NCBI GenBank assembly: GCA_012862495.1
Contig: BLSG01000256.1
Span: 1 to 32,674 of the forward strand
DNA: 32,674 nt
Source: Thraustochytrium aureum
Taxonomy: Eukaryota
Direction: 5' to 3'
A model generated the notes under the pieces. It was given only the letters and a program-made list of their open reading frames with translations. It did no database searches and had not been told where the DNA came from. Below are positions 10,165 through 19,352 of this stretch, in pieces. The position numbers and the translations under genes are program-made. Position 1 is the stretch's first letter. Every line of letters starts with the position of its first letter.

Positions 10165-11112
10165 ATGCGCGCTCTTGCCTTTTTAGCCGTTTCATCCGCA
10201 CTCGCTGCGAAAGCGGCACCCACTGCTAGCTCGTGCGACTGCAAAGCGGTTTGCGTCGCCAAGGGCGACCCTCACCTCAAGTCGTTCTTCGGGTACGCCG
10301 AACTCGAAACGGCGCCATCATTCACCCTTTACGAAGAAGACGGATTCAAGGTCGTTGCTGAGACATTTGGAAGGCACTTCATTGGCCAAGTCAACTTTGG
10401 CACGACCGTCGTGTCCAAGGACAGCTGCACGGCCCACGGTCAAAGCCTCGGGGTCTGGACACACGATTTTGGGAAAGGCAACACGCTGGAAATGAAAGTC
10501 GAATGCAACATCCCAAAGTCTGCCAAGTTCGGCAAGGAGCTGCATCTTGATGTGACGCTTACCAAGACCGACACCGGCGCAGGAAGCTTTGGCGACATGG
10601 AGCGGGCGCGGGGCGCCTCTGGGGCCTGCCTCTTGGGCGGCGAGCAGTCTTCGCGGCGGCTGCGAGCAGAGCGTGCCGTGGCGGAGGAGCCCATGTGTAC
10701 TTGCACGGCATCGTGCATTGCCGAGGGCGACCCGCATGTTGACTCGTTTTACGGAGTTAACGAGCTTCAGACGGCGCCGACCTTCATCCTATACGAGGAA
10801 GGGCCCTTTCTCATCAAGGCCCAAACCTTCGGCGAGCACTTTATGGGCGAGATCAACTTTGGCGACAAGACTACTTTCTCCAGCAATACCTGCAAGCACA
10901 ACAACGAGGAGCTCGGCACTGTGACGGAAACGTTTCGCAACTCGGGCGAGCTGGAGATGCGCGTCTGGTGCGCTTACCCGAAAAGCCGTTCGCGCGGACA
11001 CAAACTCCACCTCAACGTCCAGATCACGAAAACCGACTATGGCAACTCGGGCGACTTTCGTGCGATGGAGCGCGCAGCGTCGTCAGGTGGGGCATGCACC
11101 AACGATAAATAG
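10165..11112 (+). CDS. Secreted Cys-containing protein with two tandem GDPH-initiated, VWD-like repeats
   Basis: Signal peptide MRALAFLAVSSALAAKA. Repeat 1: CDCKAVCVAKGDPHLKSFFG...LHLDVTLTKTD..MERARGASGAC. Repeat 2: CTCTASCIAEGDPHVDSFYG...LHLNVQITKTD..MERAASSGGAC. Linker SSRRLRAERA. Intact 315-aa ORF. Confidence 0.85.
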   Translation: MRALAFLAVSSALAAKAAPTASSCDCKAVCVAKGDPHLKSFFGYAELETAPSFTLYEEDGFKVVAETFGRHFIGQVNFGTTVVSKDSCTAHGQSLGVWTHDFGKGNTLEMKVECNIPKSAKFGKELHLDVTLTKTDTGAGSFGDMERARGASGACLLGGEQSSRRLRAERAVAEEPMCTCTASCIAEGDPHVDSFYGVNELQTAPTFILYEEGPFLIKAQTFGEHFMGEINFGDKTTFSSNTCKHNNEELGTVTETFRNSGELEMRVWCAYPKSRSRGHKLHLNVQITKTDYGNSGDFRAMERAASSGGACTNDK

Positions 11113-11821
11113 AACAGCAGCATGCAATAGCACAGCATGTAATAGATAGTATCCATCAACGTGAACGTGTAATACATTGTACTCATCGCATTCTGTCTTC
11201 TGAAATCCGTGCCAGAGCGCGCCGTGCCCGCCACCACTACGCTCGCCAGTTCCTTGCGCCGCGTGGCCTCGCATACGTCTGTCACTGCGCGAGAGTCCGA
11301 GGCCAACCACGCGGAATCCTGGTTCGCCGACCCGCGCGAATGAACGGCCTGAACCCCACGCGGCCCGGACAGCATCCAAAGCGCACCAGGCCTGCCCATT
11401 TAACTTCGCTCTCAACAGGAGATCTCCAGAGCGGGCCGGAGAGTAGCTCCTCGTCCACGGTCGAGCGGTCGAGGAGCAAGCTGCGAGCGCCGCCGGGAAC
11501 CGGGAGGGCTTGGAGCACCGCGGAAGAACCAATGCCGTCACTCAACCCGCGGAACCCAGGACCAAGATCAGGACGGAGCCCCAGGGCGCCCGAGCATCGC
11601 CTGCAAATGCAGACGCCGAACGAGGTGCTGCAACCACTTCCAAAGGTCGCCCTTCGGACCTCGCAGCACCAAGGCCTTGGAGCCCGCGTGGCGGCCTCCA
11701 ATCCGCGGGGTGCAAGAGTGTATGCTTGGGCTGTGGCCGTGGAACGGTTGCGGTGGGGGAATCGCATTGTTGGGCTCGGTCTCCGTGCTGCGCATCGACT
11801 CGTCTTGGGCTGCAGAGGGTC

Positions 11822-13318
11822 ATGGAAGCAGGAGGATCGATGCGAAGAGGGCTGGGAAACACCCAGGGCGAGGATGGGTGCTCGGGCGCGAATGAATTTA
11901 AGGACGACTTTTGTGATCAGGTGAGGTGCGCCTTTGCTGACTCCAACAAGGCTGCGATTGAGAAGGCAGCGGCGCTAGCGCGGAAAAGCACGCCGCGAGC
12001 AAGGCAGATACTGGCAATCGCTGCGAGCGCCCAGTCAGTCTCTGTCGCGGCCTTCGCGCTTCTCCGCGATGCCAAATGCGACGATCTGACACACTTTCGG
12101 CTGCTCGGTCTGGGGCTTGCGCAGGCAAAGGCCTCACATGTGATGCTAAAAGGCGCAGATTCTGGCGGAGCAGAGGCCCTTGCCCTCGTCGCAGAGTCGC
12201 TGGGCCTTGTGCGCCGTGCCCCGTCGATTATCCACTGGCGCGAAGCTGTACGACGAGCTGTGCGATCTGAGTGCGCTCTTGCGACCAGCTTGGGCGGCGA
12301 GATAGCGTCGCCCGCAGCCGAGGCAACTTTTGGCTTGCTCGCGGTCTTGCACCAGACTCTCGAGGAGGAGACGCAACGGGACATGATGCGCGCAGTTGTT
12401 GACGCTGTAGCGCGCAGCTCAGTCAGCGAATCGAGTTCCGACGAACGACAATTCTGGCTGTGGCCGGCCTTGTGCTTGCTTCGCGCCGGTGCAACGCAGC
12501 GGCAATGCCGCGACGCAGCAGCAACGCTGCCGCCATGCAGCGCTTTGCCTCTCCTCGTCCAAGCATGGCCGAGAGCAGCTCAGACCCTCGGGTCGCGGTC
12601 GAGCGCAGAGGTCGTTGCGTTTGCGCAAGCGATTGCCTGTCACAAGGCCTGGTTTCCAGGGCACGACATGGACGCTCGTGTGCTTGCAAATGCAGCTGTT
12701 TGCCTCGGTCACTTGGGCCTCGCTGCAGTCCTCGAGCTGCACGTGCCCGGGCAGACCCTGATCGATCGCCGCATTGTGCTCCGAGCCCTGAACCCCACGG
12801 TTCTCGCGTGCCGCGGGGCTGTTCAGATCGTCAGCCTTGCGGCGGCACTCGTCCTCAAGCAAGCTATCTCCACTGACGACCTGGACTCCACTTTCGTCAA
12901 GGTCGACTTTGCCGCGCTCGAGCCGAGCGAACTGCGAGCTGCCGCATTTTATCTCGCGGCAGTGTTGCCTGGACAGTCGATAATACCATCACGGTCTGCG
13001 GTCGAGTGCTTTGCTCGCTGCACGGGGCCCGAGGCGCAAGACGAGCTTGACGCCATCGAGTTTTTTGCTGCAAGGAAAGGTCGTGCTGATGCGCGGCTTG
13101 GCTACATTGTTGCAAGTGTAGCCGCCCGGCGGGGTCCGGTCGTGCGCAGCAAGCATTCGCTCGGAGCGACGATTCCGTGGGTGGAGTTTGTCGCAAGGCT
13201 CCCCCTAGTCGAGTCGAAAGCCGCTCCGGTGGCCTACTACGACCTCGCGCATAGCGGCCTTCTGCGGCTTGCTGGACTTCCGAGGGAAAGCAACTTCCCA
13301 AACTCGGGCTTACTCTGA
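11822..13318 (+). CDS. Hypothetical protein, Ala/Leu-rich and probably alpha-helical (~500 aa); start uncertain
   Basis: Long uninterrupted ORF (11510..13318) with first ATG at 11822 and natural amphipathic composition. No family motif recognised. Confidence 0.55.
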   Translation: MEAGGSMRRGLGNTQGEDGCSGANEFKDDFCDQVRCAFADSNKAAIEKAAALARKSTPRARQILAIAASAQSVSVAAFALLRDAKCDDLTHFRLLGLGLAQAKASHVMLKGADSGGAEALALVAESLGLVRRAPSIIHWREAVRRAVRSECALATSLGGEIASPAAEATFGLLAVLHQTLEEETQRDMMRAVVDAVARSSVSESSSDERQFWLWPALCLLRAGATQRQCRDAAATLPPCSALPLLVQAWPRAAQTLGSRSSAEVVAFAQAIACHKAWFPGHDMDARVLANAAVCLGHLGLAAVLELHVPGQTLIDRRIVLRALNPTVLACRGAVQIVSLAAALVLKQAISTDDLDSTFVKVDFAALEPSELRAAAFYLAAVLPGQSIIPSRSAVECFARCTGPEAQDELDAIEFFAARKGRADARLGYIVASVAARRGPVVRSKHSLGATIPWVEFVARLPLVESKAAPVAYYDLAHSGLLRLAGLPRESNFPNSGLL

Positions 13319-13618
13319 CCATGAGTTGCTTCTGGCCGGAACTTGGCGCAGTGGCCTCCCGACGAACCCTTTCTGTATCGACCTCTACCTCTTTTGCTAG
13401 TAGCTACTAGTAGAGAGAGGAGAGCAACTCCATAGCCAACGCTGAGTTCCGTCCCGCTCACACACCAGTTGAGCGACCTTCAGTGCATGCCGGACACTGA
13501 GCAAACAGAGTTAGTCCTTCGCCCGCATCAAATGCGTGGCTACCACGCACGCCCATGTTAACAAATTGCCTGCCTACTAACTCTCTCGCTCGTAGAGATT
13601 GCGCGGGTTTGTGCTGGC

Positions 13619-15784
13619 TTAGCGCGGAACGCGCTTCGCTTCCACGACGACATCACTTGGCCGCGTTGGCTCGATCGCGTCACACCAGCCGAATCCAACG
13701 CGGCGTCGTTTCAAGGCATGCTGCTCCGCTGCGCCGTCGACATTGCTTAAATGCTCACGCTGTGGCTGTTGCTCTCTCGCGCTTGCGCTCGGGTCTTTCC
13801 TTAGATCGCTTGCGGGAGGTCTTGTTGTCGGAGACTGAGCCAGTCTCCCTGAAGTACTCTTCCTGGCCACGCTCAGAACCATCGCAAACTCTTTCCTCAA
13901 GGTTGGGTACTTGCGTGTGAGCGACTTCAAGTCGTGTGCAAGAAGGTCCAAGTCGACCGGTTCGCCTTCAGACCTCGCCTGCGGCTTAGCCGCAGTTGCT
14001 GCCAATGGATTCGGCGCAGGAGGAAAATACTCTTTGCGTGAGCAGGTGTGCTCCGCATCATTCGGAAGCGCAACAAGCACCTTGGCCATTCCCACGAATT
14101 CGAGAACTGAGAACGAGACCGGGGCAGCGCGCCGCCTGCCCAGCATTCGCGACTTTCTTCTTTCGAGCGTGAGACTTGAGCGAGCCTTGTGGAGCCCTGA
14201 ACAATGCGGGAAAGACGCTGGCCGAGGCGCTGCGATGCTGGCTGCGCGCCACAATAGCAGCATATGTGCCCTTGAGCTGCTCGGTCAGGCAATCAGCCGA
14301 GTCGACCGCCGAACTGATAAGCGCAGCGAGGGTCGCACCTTCGCAATCGAACGAGCTGAACAATACAGACCTCTCTTCCTGTTTCGCGGCGATGTAGGCA
14401 TTGACGCATGCCAAGGCCCTGTCAAGAACACTGGAAGCAGATTCGGCAGCGAGCAGGAATGCGGCGTTGCCCCACCGCGACACGGACTCTACGCAACCTT
14501 CTACGACAGCACGGAGTCTTTCGATTCGGTTCGTGTCGAACCAAAAGTCCTCGTTGTTTGCGAAGCGAATCTCGTGCTCCTTTTGTGTATCGCGGAGAGC
14601 AGCAGCAAGCAGCATGCTGTCATGGTGCTCAACACGCACTCGGCGCGCCGCAGCTACATCTGTTAACGGGACCATCTGCCTGTCGTTGCGGCTGACGCAC
14701 TCGTAGAGCATGTGCTTGATGAGCGAGCGCTCCTTGAAAGGCGTGTGGCCGAGATCTTGCGCAACCTTGACCTCGAGGTTGCCCAGCACGGTCACAGTTG
14801 GCCTGTCTGCAGCAATGAGAAGAATCTCGCTGCGGAGAGCGGACGAAATATTCGGCGTGTTTGCCAGGCGCTCCAGCGCCGCCTTGACCAGGCGCTTCGT
14901 ATCGCTGCCTCGTTTTGCGCCGCGCAGTTTGTACTTTTCAAGGCCGCCTTTGATTGGGTTCTCCGCTTCCTTCGAGCAGGTACTCGAAAGTCCGAGTTCC
15001 TCGAGCAGTGCCTTCGCCCTGTCTCGCGACATCAAAATACAAGTTCTGTCTATCCCATTGTACATGGTTCGAAACGTGCGCTCTTGCGGAAAAGCCTTGA
15101 CAATTTGCGCAATTCGTGTCTGCAAGCTGCTCGCGCGCCTGGCTTCGTCCGGCTCGTCCAAAGCAGCGCGCCAAGTGTCGGCTGCGCCGGCATCGGCCAG
15201 GCGCGCGGAAGAACAACGCGTTCCTCTGGCTCAGGCGGCGGGGCCTCCGCTGTCCGAACAACTTGCGCGTCTCGTTGCGCCAAGGAGGCGGTGCCTGGCT
15301 CAGCATTCTCTGGAGTCGGCAGCTGCTTCTGCGCGTCCAACGCACCGAAGCGAGCGGCGTCCGCCCCTCTTGCCCGAACCCCAGTCGTGTCTCCATCCGT
15401 CCGGGCTGGGGCCGTGCGCATCTTCTTCGCGAGCGACCCCCCACCAAGGGCAAAACACGGTGTGAAACCGCTCTTTGCCGCACCGCACTGCCCCGCGCGC
15501 GAGGCAGCTCGGACCGCTTGAAAGTACTCGAGTGCAATCGCTGCAATGTTGCGTGGCTCGCGGCGCGCGGCCTGGCTCCTCGATGGGACGGACCCTGGCG
15601 GCCCTCTCCCGAGGTGCCCGAGGGAAGAAGTGTTCGGTGATCGACAGGAGCCATGCGGGTCGGTCCAAGACCAGACTTGGGTCAGGTCTATTTCGGCGTC
15701 TCGCGCTGCGCACGCTGGGGAAGCGTAGAAGCCAGAAGGCGATCGGAGGAGAAACCAGTTGACGCAAAACGATTTGATGCTCAT
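13619..15784 (-). CDS. Hypothetical protein split by two probable frameshifts (~15161 and ~14130-14180); start uncertain
   Basis: Three overlapping minus-strand ORFs (15050..15784, 14058..15161, 13619..14263) chain together. The first junction falls at a T run (PTLGAL-LDEPDEARR, 15160-15162). The C-terminal part carries KRRRVGF (NLS/RVxF-like). No family recognised. Confidence 0.55.
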
Positions 15785-16929
15785 CGCTGTCCGTGGCGGG
15801 GTCCGTTTGCCGTGCTGCTTGTTTGAATCAAGTGTCTGCTCTCCTCCTTGCTCAACCCGCCTGGTCTTCCGTTCGGACGGTGCTCACTCTCAGTGATCTC
15901 GGTTCGGCAGTTCGTGCCGCTTTCGTGCAGNTCCCCCCGATTGGGCCGCTCTCGTGCCGCTCCCCAATTGGGCGTGAACAGGCAGGCTTCCGTTTGATTT
16001 CATGTGCTTTTTATTGAGTTGATGGCGAGAGGGCAGCGTCACTTGCCTGGGGAGCGAGCGGACTGTGCTGGCCCACTCGAGTCCTGCCTCGAGTCCAGCC
16101 TCGTTGCCCGCATCATTATCGTCCGGTTGGGGCGATGATGATGCGGGACTGCTGAACGTTGGCAGCAGCAGCTTGATGCGCCGCCTGGTCTCTTTGGTCG
16201 CACCGCAGGAAGAATGAACGCAACATTCTGACCCAAACGCGCCGGCGATGAAGAACGTGTTGAGGCCATGAGGAGTCGAGTGCGCTAAGGCAGTGGTAGA
16301 GTACTCTGTGCGGTACTCTTTTTTTTGCGTCTGCCAACGCGTAGATGGCCTCGGTGCTCGTCGCACGGACAGACGCTCCTCAACCCTTCCAGCCAGGCAA
16401 ACGTGAAGCGCTCTCAGGAGCTCTTTTGAGCACGCCGTTGCTGACCTGCACGGACGATTGGGACTCGAAAGGAAAATAACCCCGATCGCAAATTGCAGGT
16501 GAAAGGGGACAAAGAGGTCCAAAGGGGTCACTCGGGACATCACTTTCAAGAACAAGAAAAATGCTGCACTCGAGAAGCCGATGCACAGGCTTCGACGGGA
16601 GACCTTTCATAACTGCCATTTTGGCGTTTTTTTCCACTCAATTTCTGATGCCTGTATGAACGAACCGTTGTGTTTCGTGTCCTGCTTGGGTGCTGCTTGA
16701 ATGATGTTTTGGGGTCGCCCCAGTGGTCTTACAAAGTGCTCCCCAGCGCATGGTCTTCCTGCAGTCTCATCGATAGCGTTGAAACCGTTGCTGACCGCCG
16801 TTGATAAACTCGCGGCTGGAAAGCGGGACAGGCGATAAGCAGACTCGAAACAGTATCTGCCACGAGCGGCAACCGCAAGGGGCGGGAGTCAGAGGGGTCT
16901 ACTGTCGCGACGAAGGAGATCAGTGATCA

Positions 16930-17031
16930 GTGAGCCGCGCTCGCCCCGTCGCCTTGGGTCGAGGTGAGCTGCGCCCGCCCCGTCGTCTTGGGTCGAGGTG
17001 AGCTGCGCCCGCCCCGTCGTCTTGGGCCGAG
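16930..17031 (+). repeat. 34-bp minisatellite, 3 full copies, abutting the ATG of the vWA gene
   Basis: Consensus GTGAGCTGCGCCCGCCCCGTCGTCTTGGGTCGAG. Units at 16930-16963 (3 mismatches), 16964-16997 and 16998-17031 (1 mismatch). ATG at 17032. Confidence 0.92.
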
Positions 17032-19113
17032 ATGCACGCTCTGATGCATGCGCTCGTCGCAGCGGCAGCATGCATTGCCTTGGTGCGCGTTGCCACAGCG
17101 CGTCCGAACGGCTGCAGCAACATCCCGATGAAGTGTACATGCAACCCAGCTAACCCACTGGTTGTGCTGGTGCTTTTGGACGTGAGCCGGAGCATCGAGA
17201 CGGACGATCTCTTCCAAAAATATCTCCCGGCGATCAGGAAGCTCGACTGCGGCCTCAACCTCGGCTCTACTTCAAACAAAGAGAACGGCAGGGACGCGAT
17301 CGGGTTCATTACGTTTGGGGCGGATACTAAAGTCAGCGTGCCGCTTCATCGGTACTCGCACAGCAACTGGCGAAGGCAGATGGACAAGTTTAAGCGCGGA
17401 ACGGTGGCGACAAGATACTTTGGCGAGGCTTGCTGTACTCCGCTCGCGGGGGCCCTCGAGCTAGCTCGCCGGGAGATCACCGTCGCCCACGATGAAGGCC
17501 GCATTGACGTCGGCATCTCGCGCGTTGTTGTGCACATCATCACTGATGGGTTTCCCGTGCAGAACCGCATGTCCCGGTCAAGCAAGCAAAAGTTCAAGTA
17601 CTGGACCCAAGAGCGCTACTTTCCGTCACGGTACACGCTCCAACTCGTGCCCGACAAAGCCAACGACATCAAAAACAAATTCAATGACGTCACGATCAAC
17701 ACGTTTTTGCTCCAGAACCGCCGCGGGCTGGACAAGAACGAAGCAGAGGACTACTTTAAAGGGGTTGGGCTCAACCCGCTGGGCTCGCGAAAACGCAAAA
17801 GTTTCACTGGGCACGCCAAAGTCTGGAGCTCGCCGGAGCGCATCTTTTCGCCTTCGAACACATTTCCAATCGTCTCAACGCCGGTGAACGAGCACATCGC
17901 GGATATCTTGGATTCGAACTCAGTCGACGACATCATCCGGGACCAAATTAACTTTCTTTGCGACGGAAGTGGGGAGATGGACGACCAAGTAAACGAGTGT
18001 CCGTTCACGGGTACACAGAGTCCAACGCCGCACCCCACCGATTTCCCAACAACGCCACCGCCAACGAACCCATCGCCGACGTCCAATCCAAGTGATAGCC
18101 CTACCAAGTCCCCAACGACTCCAGGGCCGACGCCCCCGCCCACTCGCGAGGTGCAAACCTGTGGTGGCAAAAAAGACCTCATCTTCATCGTGGACAGTTC
18201 GAACTCGATTGCATTTAGCAACACCGCTGCGAACCGGTTCCGCGACAGTGTCTTGCCGCTCGCGCAGGACTTGCAGCGCATCCAGCTCAGCCTCACCGAA
18301 GGGTACAACACGGCGTTGATCACGTTCTCCACGCTTGTCAGGGAGCGAATCCCGCTCGGGCAGTATTCTTATGAGGAGTTTGAAGAGAGAATTGCTGAGA
18401 TCAAGGCCAACAATCAAAACATCATCGGGTGCTGCACCCCAACTGCAGAGGCCTTGGATCTTGCTCGGGAGATTCTTTTGGAGCGCACCGTGGAGCAAGA
18501 CGCGATCATCTTTATCATCACAGACGGGCAGCCCTTTCCAAACAAGGACAACTACGAGACTGCGGTAGAGGCGCAAGGCAGCACGCCGACTGCAGCTCCG
18601 TCGCGCCCGCCTCGCACCAACTACCGACGCATTGGGGATTGCTCAAAGAACATGCCAAACGGCCAGAGCCCACCCGCCGACTGTGTGGAGATGACGTACG
18701 CCGAGTACGTCGCGTCCCAGGTGTTCAAGTCAGCGAGCGAGCTCCGCGCCACTGGGCCAAGCACGAAAATTTTTCTGGTCGGTGTCCCAACCAAGGACAA
18801 TCTCGAGACCCGCATCGAGTACTTTACAGGGCTTGAAAGTGGCCAGGACTGCCAAACCCCTGCAACGGCTTCGAACCTGTGGACTTGCTCATCGTGTAAC
18901 TCGTGCGCTGAGGGTGGCACTGTTGACGCAGATTGCTGGGCAAAGCAGACCAAAGACCAACTGTCTTGCAGCTCGCCAGCCGACTTTTGGGCACCCATCG
19001 TCAGCGAGCCGGTGAGCGATTTCGCGTTCTCGTCTGGCACGAGCTTTGACCTCGACTTTCTCGTGGGGGCGATGCGCAACCTGCTGTGCAACGACGGAAC
19101 CAACCCTGTCTAG
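17032..19113 (+). CDS. Secreted protein with two von Willebrand factor A (vWA/MIDAS) domains joined by a Pro/Thr-rich linker
   Basis: Signal peptide MHALVAAAACIALVRVATA. vWA1: VLVLLDVSRSI..IGFITFG..CCTPLAGALELAR..VHIITDGFP. Linker: TQSPTPHPTDFPTTPPPTNPSPT...PTPPPT. vWA2: DLIFIVDSSNSI..ALITFST..CCTPTAEALDLAR..IFIITDGQP..KIFLVGV, with a Cys-rich insertion. Intact 693-aa ORF. Confidence 0.9.
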   Translation: MHALMHALVAAAACIALVRVATARPNGCSNIPMKCTCNPANPLVVLVLLDVSRSIETDDLFQKYLPAIRKLDCGLNLGSTSNKENGRDAIGFITFGADTKVSVPLHRYSHSNWRRQMDKFKRGTVATRYFGEACCTPLAGALELARREITVAHDEGRIDVGISRVVVHIITDGFPVQNRMSRSSKQKFKYWTQERYFPSRYTLQLVPDKANDIKNKFNDVTINTFLLQNRRGLDKNEAEDYFKGVGLNPLGSRKRKSFTGHAKVWSSPERIFSPSNTFPIVSTPVNEHIADILDSNSVDDIIRDQINFLCDGSGEMDDQVNECPFTGTQSPTPHPTDFPTTPPPTNPSPTSNPSDSPTKSPTTPGPTPPPTREVQTCGGKKDLIFIVDSSNSIAFSNTAANRFRDSVLPLAQDLQRIQLSLTEGYNTALITFSTLVRERIPLGQYSYEEFEERIAEIKANNQNIIGCCTPTAEALDLAREILLERTVEQDAIIFIITDGQPFPNKDNYETAVEAQGSTPTAAPSRPPRTNYRRIGDCSKNMPNGQSPPADCVEMTYAEYVASQVFKSASELRATGPSTKIFLVGVPTKDNLETRIEYFTGLESGQDCQTPATASNLWTCSSCNSCAEGGTVDADCWAKQTKDQLSCSSPADFWAPIVSEPVSDFAFSSGTSFDLDFLVGAMRNLLCNDGTNPV

Positions 19114-19352
19114 GCCCACCTTTGGTCGGGGGCACCGGCCAACCAGCAACGCGGCAAGGCTCAAGGTGTGGGCTGCCCGACCTTGCATACTAGACTCGAA
19201 GTTTTTCTTGGAAACAACAAAGGATACGCAATAAACTTGGCTCTGGGCCTTCTATGGGGCTGGCTGGTGGGTAGCGGAGGTTGCGCGGTGCCACCCGCCC
19301 GCTTTCCGGAAAAAGCCGAGCGGGCCAACCTTCACTATCTTCATCAAAGGCA

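Noticed and set aside
11160..11823. Possible frameshifted minus-strand gene stitched from ORFs 11542..11862, 11282..11767 and 11037..11399
   Set aside because: It needs at least two unverified slips, shows no recognisable motif, and its ATG would overlap the ATG of the plus-strand ORF at 11822. Unsupported without RNA data.
15938..15973. Paired ATTGG (CCAAT-box) motifs, with others near 7661, 9892 and 22328
   Set aside because: Plausible promoter elements, but 5-mers are too short to support without start-site data.
15890..16900. Minus-strand ORFs 15890..16555 and 16380..16637
   Set aside because: No motif, non-ATG starts and atypical composition; treated as intergenic.
16930..17031. 34-bp repeats as a CRISPR array
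   Set aside because: The units are head-to-tail with no spacers, there are no cas genes, and the context is eukaryotic.
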